From: a bacterium
Lineage (GTDB): Bacteria > Electryoneota > Electryoneia > Electryoneales > Electryoneaceae
Length of the DNA: 64,000 bases
Direction of reading: 5' to 3'
Assembly: GCA_963675295.2 (NCBI GenBank)
Contig: CAXXKJ010000002.1
Span: 1,024,001 to 1,088,000, forward strand
The notes under the pieces were generated by a model. That model worked only from the letters and a program-made list of their open reading frames with translations. It made no database searches and was not told where the DNA came from. A program made the translations under genes and the position numbers. Numbering within the stretch: the stretch's first letter is position 1; every line of letters starts with the position of its first letter. Of the stretch, positions 18,579 to 27,730 are shown piece after piece.

Positions 18579-18906
18579 TGGACAGGTGAAGCGTGTCCAT
18601 GAGGGAAGAAGCGTGCCCGCGTGTATGACGTGCCGGTGTCCGCTTGCGGACGCGGACCTGATACCGATCATTCAACGTGTTGGATCAGCCGCGGTAGCGA
18701 GAAGAAGCTCCCGCGGGTACCGACAGCGAGCTCGTCAGGATAATCCCGGACTGAAGTCCGAGGGCATGTCCGTTAAGGTACGGTGTCGGTGTTGTATCAC
18801 GAGCGGAGGATCCACGACATGAATGTCGTGGGAATAAATCACACACTGGTTACGTTGTCCGTTCCAGGAGCAACATACCCGCGTTTGCAAGCAAACACGG
18901 GCACTT
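18579..18906. repeat. Array of diverse short palindromes (REP/BIME-like)
   Basis: TGGACA..TGAAG..TGTCCA; GTCCGCTTGCGGAC; CCGCGG..CCGCGG; CGGACTGAAGTCCG; CCACGACATGAATGTCGTGG; CCCGCGTTTGCAAGCAAACACGGG. Confidence 0.6.
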
Positions 18907-18911
18907 TATTT

Positions 18912-19045
18912 TCTCAAGTCTCAAGTCTCAAGTTTCAAGTCTCAAGTCTCAAGTCTCAAGTCTCAAGTCTCAAGTCTCAAGTCTCAAGTCTCACGTTTCA
19001 CGTCTCAGATCACAGGTCCAGATCTCCAGACTCAGGTCTCAAGTC
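18912..19045. repeat. (TCTCAAG)n tandem heptamer decaying toward the gene end
   Basis: About 11 near-perfect units, then degenerate ones, abutting the stop codon at 19046-19048. Confidence 0.93.
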
Positions 19046-21343
19046 TTACTTCAGCAGAAGAACCTTCTGCATCGTGGCGATACCACCAGGCTGCTGAAGT
19101 TGGATGAAGTACACACCGCTGGCCAGATCGCCTGCGTTGAATGAAACGGTGTGCTCACCGGCTGCCAGTTGATCGTCACTGAGCCGCATCACTTCTCGTC
19201 CCTGAACGTTGTACAGCCGCAGGGACACCGATCCTTCTGATGGCAGGGTGAAGCTGACCGAAGCGGCTTCGTTGAACGGATTCGGGTGCACGCTCAGCGC
19301 GTGAGACACACCGCCGGGATCCTCACCTGGTGGCGGTGGTGGGGCGGGAATGTCGCCTTGCGAGTCGAGTTCCTTACTGAAGTAAAAATACGCGGATTCG
19401 TCGATGACACCCGGAAACTCACCGGTGTAGGCGTCCAGGCTGTACCGTCCACCCGGGGCGTTGGGTGGAACATTCATTGTCTGCCCCGTGATGGTGGTGA
19501 AGCCGGGCTCAGCGGTGAGCAATTGCTGATCAGGGTCGCCATAGTTATCGCCGTCTGGCAGCCTGACCTGTGACCACAGATCGGTGGTGACGGGGTCCGG
19601 TGAATCGTTGGCGATGATATAGAAGTACTCCAGCGTGCCACCGTTCTCCGCGATCAGGGACGTTGTCGTTTCGGCGTACAGTTCCAGCGGGAATCCACGT
19701 TCCTCGAGATAGACCTGCAGGTCGTCAATGGTCACACCGGGCCGTTGGATGAAGGCGTCCGAGGCAAAGTAGAATCCGAGCCACACCTGCTGGCCCTGGT
19801 AGGCGCTGAGGTCGAACTCGACCGGTACCCAGATACTGTTGTTCGGGCCGGTGTTGTTGAAGCAGGGCTGCCAGCCGTTCACCCAGACGCCGTCCGTATC
19901 GGGATAGCCGCCGATGGGTTCGAGCAGTGTCCACGTGTCGCCAGCGTCGGTGGAAATCTGGACGTTGTAGCCGTCATAGTCCTCGATACTGTACCAGTGC
20001 CAGTAGCTGAGACGCGCGTTTCCACTAATCACGCGGAAGGATTGCAAAGTTATCAGCCAATCCTGCGCCAGCGGGAGGTAGTTGCCGTCGTGGCGAGTGC
20101 CCCAGGCATGTTCGCCCGAATGAGCCTGGTCCGGCTGGTTTTCCGGAGCCCCGTATTCCCAGTTATTATTGCCATCGTCCGCGGACAGCCGTCCCCGGTT
20201 TACCTCCATCGTGCTGATGTAATTCTGAGCCATTGGCTGTGGGAATTTGTACAACTCGATCGCGGTTGTCGTTGACGGTGCCACGATCTGCACATCAACG
20301 GTTTCTGAGTAGAATCCCTCAGCGCGGGCGTAGACTTCGATCGTCTGCCCTTCAACAAATGGTCCGATGTTGAACCTACCGTCTGCCGCACTGACGACGG
20401 AGTAATTGGTCGTCTGCACGGTCGCATCGGGGATCGGCTTGGCGGAGATGGCATTACGGACGATACCGTGGATGAACACGGTTGGTTCGACCAGGTCAAA
20501 CTGGACTGACAGGCTGTCGTGCAGCAGGTCGGCCGGCATCGCGTTCAGCAGATATTGCGTACCGATGGAACCGTCATCATTCTGAATACCGACGGTGCAG
20601 CTTTCGGTGTGCATTTCTTCATCAATATCAAGGTATTGAATGCGGATCTTGCCGTCATCACGCAGCAGCAGCTGTGCGGTGACATTGTCCTGATCCGGCC
20701 CATCGGGATATTCATCAATCTCGATAAAGGAGATGATGAGCACCTGGTGCCCGCCGATTTCACGGGTCTCGTAGTAGATGTTGCCACCATCAACGCCGTT
20801 GTCCGGATCCAGATCATCCCAGAACCAGGCGATCATTGATCCATAAAACGGCGACGGGATCGGGTAGTTCAACGCAAAGACAAAGGTTGGGAAAAAGCTG
20901 ATAACGCCGTTCGACTGTACCCAGAACTGGGTTTTGGTTTCGCCGTAGAATGGGAACTCGAAGCCGATCTCGAACGGGCCAACAACGTCCTCATCGTCCA
21001 GCATGTATTGCGCGGCGATCTCTTCGCCGGTTTGGGTGATATCGTACCAGGTGAACCCGGGGCCGTCCTCTTCATCGCTGTCGATCGCTCGGTACCCGAA
21101 GGCATCCGGGCCGGTCTGGAGGTCGATCTGGTTGCGGTCGTATCGGATGTAGGGGCGCAGCAGATTGATTTGCGCGGGAGTCAGCGATTCGCCCTCGCTC
21201 CATGCCTCAACGGCCTGCTTGAAGAGGGGAGAGCGGAGATCAATGGCGGTTCCCTCCGCCGGATCCGGGCTGACCTTGGCAATCGCCAGACCAGAGAGGA
21301 ACAGGAGGGTGAACAATGCAAGGATGGTGGTTCGGTAGTGCAT
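19046..21343 (-). CDS. Secreted multidomain protein (NIDO-like, carboxypeptidase-regulatory-like, MAM/jelly-roll-like) with T9SS-type CTD; paralog 1
   Basis: Signal peptide from ATG 21343; GPDAFGY..DSDE..GP motif; HWYSIE..DGYNVQISTD.G.TW; HPNPFN...KVLLLK. Confidence 0.8.
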   Translation of the reverse strand: MHYRTTILALFTLLFLSGLAIAKVSPDPAEGTAIDLRSPLFKQAVEAWSEGESLTPAQINLLRPYIRYDRNQIDLQTGPDAFGYRAIDSDEEDGPGFTWYDITQTGEEIAAQYMLDDEDVVGPFEIGFEFPFYGETKTQFWVQSNGVISFFPTFVFALNYPIPSPFYGSMIAWFWDDLDPDNGVDGGNIYYETREIGGHQVLIISFIEIDEYPDGPDQDNVTAQLLLRDDGKIRIQYLDIDEEMHTESCTVGIQNDDGSIGTQYLLNAMPADLLHDSLSVQFDLVEPTVFIHGIVRNAISAKPIPDATVQTTNYSVVSAADGRFNIGPFVEGQTIEVYARAEGFYSETVDVQIVAPSTTTAIELYKFPQPMAQNYISTMEVNRGRLSADDGNNNWEYGAPENQPDQAHSGEHAWGTRHDGNYLPLAQDWLITLQSFRVISGNARLSYWHWYSIEDYDGYNVQISTDAGDTWTLLEPIGGYPDTDGVWVNGWQPCFNNTGPNNSIWVPVEFDLSAYQGQQVWLGFYFASDAFIQRPGVTIDDLQVYLEERGFPLELYAETTTSLIAENGGTLEYFYIIANDSPDPVTTDLWSQVRLPDGDNYGDPDQQLLTAEPGFTTITGQTMNVPPNAPGGRYSLDAYTGEFPGVIDESAYFYFSKELDSQGDIPAPPPPPGEDPGGVSHALSVHPNPFNEAASVSFTLPSEGSVSLRLYNVQGREVMRLSDDQLAAGEHTVSFNAGDLASGVYFIQLQQPGGIATMQKVLLLK

Positions 21344-21570
21344 TCCGTTTTTCCTTCTGGCAATGGCGTGCATTGGGTACGCCGGATATGATTGTGTGTT
21401 TCTGGAACTTTATTTCCGGAAAACAAGCTGCTGTCCGCGAATGCAAAGATCAAGCACGGTGTGGAAGAATATACGGATAATGTACGAAAACGGAGCCCCG
21501 GATGGCTTGACTGAAGATGCCTGTCTGCAAATTCATTCTGGCCATCGAATCCGGCCTCCGGAACGGTAAA

Positions 21571-21602
21571 ACAGGGACACTCGCCGCGGCAAGTGTCCCT
21601 GT
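21571..21602 (-). terminator. Hairpin downstream of paralog 2
   Basis: ACAGGGACACT-N10-AGTGTCCCTGT with a T-run on the minus strand. Confidence 0.6.
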
Positions 21603-21661
21603 TGTTGTGTACCACTGCCTGAGCCTGTTGGCTCAGATTCGTTCAGCACGAAGGTGCTGAA

Positions 21662-24001
21662 TTACTTCATCAGGGTAACCTTCTGCATCGCGTTCAGCTG
21701 ACCCGGAACGGTCGCACGGACAAAGTACAGACCGCTGGCGAGGTTGCTGCCATCGAGCACGAAGTTGTGGGTACCCGCCTGGAACTGACCGCTGGCGAGT
21801 GTGGCAACTTCCTGACCCATGATGTTGAAGACCGACACGGTCAGCTCAGCCGTTTCCGGCAGGGCGATGTTGACGTTAGCGGTCGGGTTGAACGGGTTCG
21901 GGTAGACGTTGGACATCTCATACGTCGTCGGCAGACCCGCTTCAGCGGTTTCACCAGCCACACCGAAGCCACGGAAGACGAGATCCGGCGCACCGACGGA
22001 GGCCGTGTTCATGCCTTCCTTGGTGAACATGGCGGAGCCCATCGCGGCGATGTAACCCTGCTGAATCGCGCCAACCATCACGTTGAACTGGTAGTCACCA
22101 GCGCCCGCACCAGCCGGCACCCAGACGCAAACGTTGTCAAAGTAGGTGGTTCCCGGGGGGAACTCCATGCAGTAGAAGCCGAACGGACCGGCAACACACT
22201 GTCCCGGGCAGTAGACATTCGCCCAGATCAGCGCGGTGTGGCTCATCTGCGTGTTGTTGTTGACCGTCACGTTGAAGCAAGCATAGCCACCGTCCATCGG
22301 AATGATCGGGGTGGTGCATTCAACGATCACTTCGTACATCGGCGGCGCGGCGCAGAGGTAATCCATCACCACGGCGATGATGTCTTCCCGCGTCCAGTCA
22401 ACGTTATCCTCGAGCATACCAACTTCGAAGCTGAACAGCGCGACGTCGTTGTTGACCACGCCACAGCCGAAGTTGTCAGCCGGGTTAACGAGGATCTGTG
22501 TACCAGCCGCGGACGGAATCAGCTCGTCGATAAAGCTGTTTTCACCGAGGTAGTTCATGTCGAGACCGGCCAGGTCGTTTTCACCCAGTACGTTGACGAG
22601 GTCGCCCGAGCCGTCGTTCGCGCCATCAAGCGGCAGCAGCGGCAGCAGGTTCGCCGGCGGTGTGTAGCCGAAGTTGTCGCCACCTTCGAAATACAGCTTG
22701 CCACCACCGTTGAGGAAATCGATGATCAGGGTTTCTTCCGGAGAATCGGTCGCGATGTCAAAGTCATTCGGATAGATACCGGTGAACAGGAAGACCTTGT
22801 CGTAGTTGAACCAATCGTACGCGAAGAAATCGTTCGTGTACAACGTGGTGTAGCCAAGACCCTGCAGGATGCCGTTAATTGCCGGACCGGAGTCGAGCGT
22901 CGCATCAACGTCAACCACGAGCACATCCGCATCCAGGTTGACCGGGTCAAGATAGAAGTCCACGGTATTGGCACCCGGCAGAATGTCCACGTCGCCGGAC
23001 TGGCCGTTGTACCCAGGAGCGCCCACGGTCCAGGCGAACATACCGGAATACAGGCTGGGGAATTCGTAGAAACCGGAACCGTCGGTCATCGTGCTGTTGC
23101 CGCCGAGGGTCACCGTCGCATCAACGATCGGATCGTTGGTGTCGGCATCGTAGACATAACCACTGAGGCTCGCATCGGGGCCGCCAGCCGGCGGGTAGAA
23201 CTCAATCGCGAGGCCGGCATACGGATAGTCAACTGGGGTCGTGTTGTAGTCGGCCTGCAGATAGTTTACGCCACCACCATCTTCGATACCGATGGTTTGC
23301 GAATCAACCGGCCATGGGTCAACGAACTCCGCATACTGAGTCAGGATCGTGCCGTCTTCAAACAGAATGAGCTGGCCAGTCATCGAGCCTGACGACGGGC
23401 TTGAGTAATGCGCGCAGTCGATGTACGACATAACCAGCGCCTGCTGGCTGCCGATGGTGACCGTCTCATAGTATACAGCGCCGTACAAACCGCTGTTGAT
23501 GTTGAAGTCGTCCCAGCACCAGGCGATCACCGGACCAGCGAATCCCGGCAGCGCTTGATTGGTAAAGGAAGCACTGCCACCGAGGTCGACCAATGCCACA
23601 ACACCATTCGAATGGACGTAGAAATCGGTGTAGGTGTTCCCATAGAACGGGAAGCTGAAGCCGATGGGCAACGGACCTTCACGATCGTCATCACTCAGGA
23701 ACTGACCGATTTCTGTACCGGTTGCGGTGATGTCGACCCAGTCATAAACCGGACCGTCGCCTTCTTCACTGTCCTTGTACGTGTAGCCGAATGCATCCGG
23801 ACCACCAGTGTAGTCGATCTGACCCGGGTTTTCCCGGTAGATCCTCAGGTCACGCAGAACCTGATACTGGTAATCGGTCAGCTGCTGTCCGCTTTCCCAG
23901 GCAGCGACAGCATCCGTAACTGTTGCCTTGTCGTAATCAACTGCGAAAACAGCACCCGCAGCGATCATCAATCCGAGGCACACCAACAAGAGCTTTTTCA
24001 T
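21662..24001 (-). CDS. Secreted multidomain protein with T9SS-type CTD; paralog 2
   Basis: MKKLLLVCLGL signal; GGPDAFGY motif; YPNPFNP...QKVTLMK. Confidence 0.8.
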   Translation of the reverse strand: MKKLLLVCLGLMIAAGAVFAVDYDKATVTDAVAAWESGQQLTDYQYQVLRDLRIYRENPGQIDYTGGPDAFGYTYKDSEEGDGPVYDWVDITATGTEIGQFLSDDDREGPLPIGFSFPFYGNTYTDFYVHSNGVVALVDLGGSASFTNQALPGFAGPVIAWCWDDFNINSGLYGAVYYETVTIGSQQALVMSYIDCAHYSSPSSGSMTGQLILFEDGTILTQYAEFVDPWPVDSQTIGIEDGGGVNYLQADYNTTPVDYPYAGLAIEFYPPAGGPDASLSGYVYDADTNDPIVDATVTLGGNSTMTDGSGFYEFPSLYSGMFAWTVGAPGYNGQSGDVDILPGANTVDFYLDPVNLDADVLVVDVDATLDSGPAINGILQGLGYTTLYTNDFFAYDWFNYDKVFLFTGIYPNDFDIATDSPEETLIIDFLNGGGKLYFEGGDNFGYTPPANLLPLLPLDGANDGSGDLVNVLGENDLAGLDMNYLGENSFIDELIPSAAGTQILVNPADNFGCGVVNNDVALFSFEVGMLEDNVDWTREDIIAVVMDYLCAAPPMYEVIVECTTPIIPMDGGYACFNVTVNNNTQMSHTALIWANVYCPGQCVAGPFGFYCMEFPPGTTYFDNVCVWVPAGAGAGDYQFNVMVGAIQQGYIAAMGSAMFTKEGMNTASVGAPDLVFRGFGVAGETAEAGLPTTYEMSNVYPNPFNPTANVNIALPETAELTVSVFNIMGQEVATLASGQFQAGTHNFVLDGSNLASGLYFVRATVPGQLNAMQKVTLMK

Positions 24002-24360
24002 CCTTCTCCCTCTCTGTGTTTGATCCAACGAGCATCTTTTTGAACTCGTTACCAAAGCTCAACCATGTGAATCGGCTGCGATCAAATCAGAGCGGGCCAT
24101 GCAAATGCCGATTTATCCTTCCTTCCCGAAGGATATAATGATTGCCAAAGGGTACTCAACTCGGTTTGAAAAAAATTCAAAATTCATCATTTATCCATAA
24201 ATTCCAAATACAACATGTGCGAAAGTTAGCCTCGTCACGGATCTCATTGATATTGTGCTTTTTAGGGATTTCCTGTATTTATAATTATTCCGAGAATAAC
24301 AGAAAACGCCACCGGCCTCCAGGAGCCAGTGGCGCAATCTTGTCTCTCAATTTTAGCCGA

Positions 24361-26736
24361 CTACTTGACCAGCGTGACTTTTTGCATCCGGCTGATGTGA
24401 CCGGGAATGACCGCCTGAATGAAATACAGACCGTTTGACAGGTGGCTGCCATCCAGCGTGAACTGGTGCACGCCGGCGGGGTAACGCCCGTGCGCCAGCT
24501 GCGCGACCTCCTGCCCCATCAGGTTATACACGTTCACAATGAGCTGGGACGTTTGCGGCAGGCTGACGGAAATACTCGTGGCCGGGTTGAACGGATTCGG
24601 ATACGGAGTTCCGAGGGCAAACTCGGATGGCAATCCGTTGATCTCAGCTTCCGTATCCGCAAGCTCCCACGCAAAATCGCTGCTGCGCCAGTGGATAGGA
24701 TTCCACGGATCGGCAGGTTGAAGTTCCGTTGCTGTGCCGGTCTTGGTGAAGGTGAAACTGTCCTGCAGGCGAATCACATCGGGGAAATTCCCGACTGCGC
24801 CAGCGAAGGTGTAGACGCCGCCCGGAGCGTAAGCCGGAACATCCAGTGTGCGGCCGGTGACAGTCACGTTCATGAACGGTTGATGGGTGAACGTGATCTG
24901 TGACAGCGGCCCGACGAGTTCGTTGCCGGGTGTCCGCACCCAGGTCCAGAAGTCGAGGTTTGGCACGGTGACACCGTACCCACTGACCAGGCTGGCGTCA
25001 TAGACCACTGTTCCGCCGGATGGCGGAATATCACCGGACTGGCTGGTGAGTGTCAGCGTGGCACTCGGACCGGCTTCGCCAACGTGGATCTCGAGATCAT
25101 CCACGCACACTCCGGAATAGGGGATGCTCGGGTCCGAGACCGCCCGCCAACCGAACCAGACCGGCTGGCCAACGTATTGCGCGAGGCTGTAGGAAACGTA
25201 CTCCCACTGTTCTTCCCGGTCGCCGTTGTTGTTGAAACAGGACTGGTTGTCGTTGGAGGTGACACCATCGTCATCCGTATAGCCCTGATCGGGATAGAGC
25301 ACTTCCCAGGTTTCGCCGCCATCAACGGAGATCTGCAGGTTGTACCCGTCGCAACAGGCTTCGAAGCTGTACCAGTGCCAGTAGCTGATGTACGCTTCGG
25401 CGTCTGAAACCAGCCATGACGTGGTCGTGAGCAGCCATTCGTCAATGTTGTTGTCGTATGTCGAATTCAGCGCGAGATCCCATGCATGCGTGCCGGAATA
25501 CGCCTGATCCGGATCCAATGTCGGCTCACCCCAGACCCAGCTGTTGGTGGCGGTGCCCTCGGTGAACAGGAACCCGGGACCGTCCTCGAAGTCGGTGAAG
25601 TAGTCGGTTGTTTGCGGTGGCGGCAACGGGTCCATCTGGAAATTGACCTCGTTCGGTCCCTCGGACAGATCCACCTGCTGCTCCAGTTGGAAATAGCCTG
25701 CCGCGGTCAGGGTAACAAAACCCGGTCCGGCATACAGGCCGGACATGGTGTACTCACCGTTTGCACCGCTCAGGGTTGACACCGAGCCGAACACGAGTTC
25801 CGCCCCGATGATCGGATCGCCAGAGTCCGCATCGGTGACGGTGCCGCTCATGGTCGCATTGGATGCGAGCTGGTTGAAGTCCAACGCCAGGCCGGCGGAT
25901 GGGTAGTCAAAGGGAACGTTGTACAGACTGGCTTCGAGGTAGATTGTCAGGTCATCGTTGACGATACCGAGAGTTTCGGCGTCATCGTTCAACTCGAACC
26001 CATCGTCGAAGTTGTTGTACTGCATCCGGATGACCCCATCCTCGAACAGGATCACCTGGCAGGTCATGGTGGGCGAGGTGGATGCACCGGGGTAATGCAT
26101 CACGTCATGGAACGAGACGACGAACACGTTCTGGTTCTGATAGGTCATCGTTTCGTAATAGATCTGGCCACCGTCAAATTCAGTGCCGAGTTCCGGATCG
26201 AGATCATCCCAGAAAAAGCAGATGCACGCGCCTTCGAGGTCGGAGGCACTTCCCGGCAGCTCTTCGTTGGTGAAGTTCGCATCATCGCCCCAGTCGTCGA
26301 AGCTGATCACGCCGTTGGAATGGATCCAAACCTGGGAACGGTCACCGCCGTAGAACGGGAAGGTGAACCCGATGTCGAACGGTCCGATGTAATCGTCGTC
26401 GCCGATGTCGTACGAGTCGCTGACCTCGGTGCCGCTGGCGGTGATATCGAGCCAGTCGTAGGTTGGCCCGTCCGGCTCATCGCTGTCGATAAAGATGTAG
26501 CCGCGTTGATCCGGTCCGCCGAAATGGTCGATCACCGGTCCGGGCGTCCCATTGTATCCGGCCTGTTTCAGCAGTCTGACCTGATTCGGTGTCAAGTCCA
26601 TTCCGGCCCGATAATCGTTCACAGCCTGATAATACGCTTCCTTCTCCGATTGGTACGTCTGATCCGTTGTTGCGTGCGCAAGGGCCGCCAGTCCAAACAG
26701 GGTGGCCACCAACAGTACCATGCCAACGCGTCTCAT
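24361..26736 (-). CDS. Secreted multidomain protein with T9SS-type CTD; paralog 3
   Basis: Signal peptide; GGPDQRGY motif; HWYSFEACCDGYNLQISVDGG; YPNPFNP...QKVTLVK. Confidence 0.8.
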   Translation of the reverse strand: MRRVGMVLLVATLFGLAALAHATTDQTYQSEKEAYYQAVNDYRAGMDLTPNQVRLLKQAGYNGTPGPVIDHFGGPDQRGYIFIDSDEPDGPTYDWLDITASGTEVSDSYDIGDDDYIGPFDIGFTFPFYGGDRSQVWIHSNGVISFDDWGDDANFTNEELPGSASDLEGACICFFWDDLDPELGTEFDGGQIYYETMTYQNQNVFVVSFHDVMHYPGASTSPTMTCQVILFEDGVIRMQYNNFDDGFELNDDAETLGIVNDDLTIYLEASLYNVPFDYPSAGLALDFNQLASNATMSGTVTDADSGDPIIGAELVFGSVSTLSGANGEYTMSGLYAGPGFVTLTAAGYFQLEQQVDLSEGPNEVNFQMDPLPPPQTTDYFTDFEDGPGFLFTEGTATNSWVWGEPTLDPDQAYSGTHAWDLALNSTYDNNIDEWLLTTTSWLVSDAEAYISYWHWYSFEACCDGYNLQISVDGGETWEVLYPDQGYTDDDGVTSNDNQSCFNNNGDREEQWEYVSYSLAQYVGQPVWFGWRAVSDPSIPYSGVCVDDLEIHVGEAGPSATLTLTSQSGDIPPSGGTVVYDASLVSGYGVTVPNLDFWTWVRTPGNELVGPLSQITFTHQPFMNVTVTGRTLDVPAYAPGGVYTFAGAVGNFPDVIRLQDSFTFTKTGTATELQPADPWNPIHWRSSDFAWELADTEAEINGLPSEFALGTPYPNPFNPATSISVSLPQTSQLIVNVYNLMGQEVAQLAHGRYPAGVHQFTLDGSHLSNGLYFIQAVIPGHISRMQKVTLVK

Positions 26737-27023
26737 CTCACACGCTCCTTGCTGTCCGGCCCTGTATGTTCGGGCCGTGTTCCCCCCGTTCAGGTGCCAC
26801 GGTTTCAGGCACCCGGTTTCCCTGAAGTAGCAACCCGGGAAAAGGTGAATGCGGCTTCGGGGAAATTCGTTTTTTGGTCGTCATTGAGTATACATGTCCC
26901 GCGGGCGAACTACCAGCAATCCGGCTCAAGTGCAAGCCGAAATCCCGGCAGATCATCTCTCCTGCTCTCCTCTGAGATCGTGGGCAGGAGCTGTTGCGCG
27001 TGGTCTCCGCAGGGTGACGCTGG

Positions 27024-27053
27024 TTGACACGATCCACGCCGCCTCGTTACCAT
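27024..27053 (+). promoter_or_regulatory. Candidate sigma70 promoter
   Basis: TTGACA-N18-TACCAT upstream of the LeuD-like gene. Confidence 0.4.
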
Positions 27054-27122
27054 CAGTTTCACCAGTAGATATTGCCTTTCACACGTTGCCGGCGTCGGCG
27101 ACGGTTGCGCGGGAGTAGTGCG

Positions 27123-27638
27123 ATGGAAACGAAGATCAAGGGACGTGTCTGGAAGTACGGCGACGATGTCAACACCGACGTCATTTTCCCCGGGAAGTAC
27201 ACGTACACCGTGAATGATCCGCAGGAGATGGGCGAGCACGCGATGGAAGACCTTGACGCCGAATTCGCGTCGAAGGTGCAGCCGGGCGACGTGATCATCG
27301 CGGGCAAGAACTTCGGTTGCGGCTCCAGCCGTGAACAGGCGGCGGTGTGCCTCAAGGTGAAGGGTGTCGGCGCGATCATCGCCCCGACCTTCAGCCGGAT
27401 TTACTTCCGCAACGGTGTCAACACCGGCCTGCCGCTGATCACCTCGAAGGAGGCGCAGGACATGTTCGAGCACGGTGACGAAATCGAAATCGATTTCGAA
27501 GCGGGTGTGATCCGTGGCGCGAAAGGCGAGCTCAAGTTCCCGCCGTTCAGCGACTTCGTGTTTGGCATCATGGACGCCGGCGGGCTGATCCCGTACACGC
27601 GTGAACGCCTGATCAAGGAAGGCAAGGTGAAGGCGTAG
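27123..27638 (+). CDS. leuD: 3-isopropylmalate dehydratase/homoaconitase small subunit (LeuD type 2, HacB/DmdB-like)
   Basis: GRVWKYGDDVNTDVIFPGKY, GKNFGCGSSREQA, FSRIYFRN..N.GLP, AGGLI motifs. Exact substrate not determinable. Confidence 0.8.
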   Translation: METKIKGRVWKYGDDVNTDVIFPGKYTYTVNDPQEMGEHAMEDLDAEFASKVQPGDVIIAGKNFGCGSSREQAAVCLKVKGVGAIIAPTFSRIYFRNGVNTGLPLITSKEAQDMFEHGDEIEIDFEAGVIRGAKGELKFPPFSDFVFGIMDAGGLIPYTRERLIKEGKVKA

Positions 27639-27673
27639 CGACCCGAGTTTTCACACTTGTAATTCGCACTCAA

Positions 27674-27702
27674 ACGGGACACTTTCGGTGAAAGTGTCCC
27701 GT
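27674..27702. terminator. Hairpin after the LeuD-like gene
   Basis: ACGGGACACTTTC-GGT-GAAAGTGTCCCGT. Confidence 0.55.
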
Positions 27703-27730
27703 CTTGTTTCTGGTCAAACGGATGTTTTGC

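Noticed and set aside
18548-18906. Possible CRISPR or integron attC array
   Set aside because: The hairpins are not identical, spacing is irregular, there are no cassette ORFs, and no cas or intI gene is present.
19046-26736. Diversity-generating retroelement acting on paralog C-termini
   Set aside because: No reverse transcriptase is present, and I saw no near-identical TR/VR pair with adenine-specific differences.
21571-27702. Shared GGGACACT/AGTGTCCC stems at 21571 and 27674 as a repeat family
   Set aside because: Only 8-bp arms are shared and both lie after stop codons, so ordinary terminators suffice.
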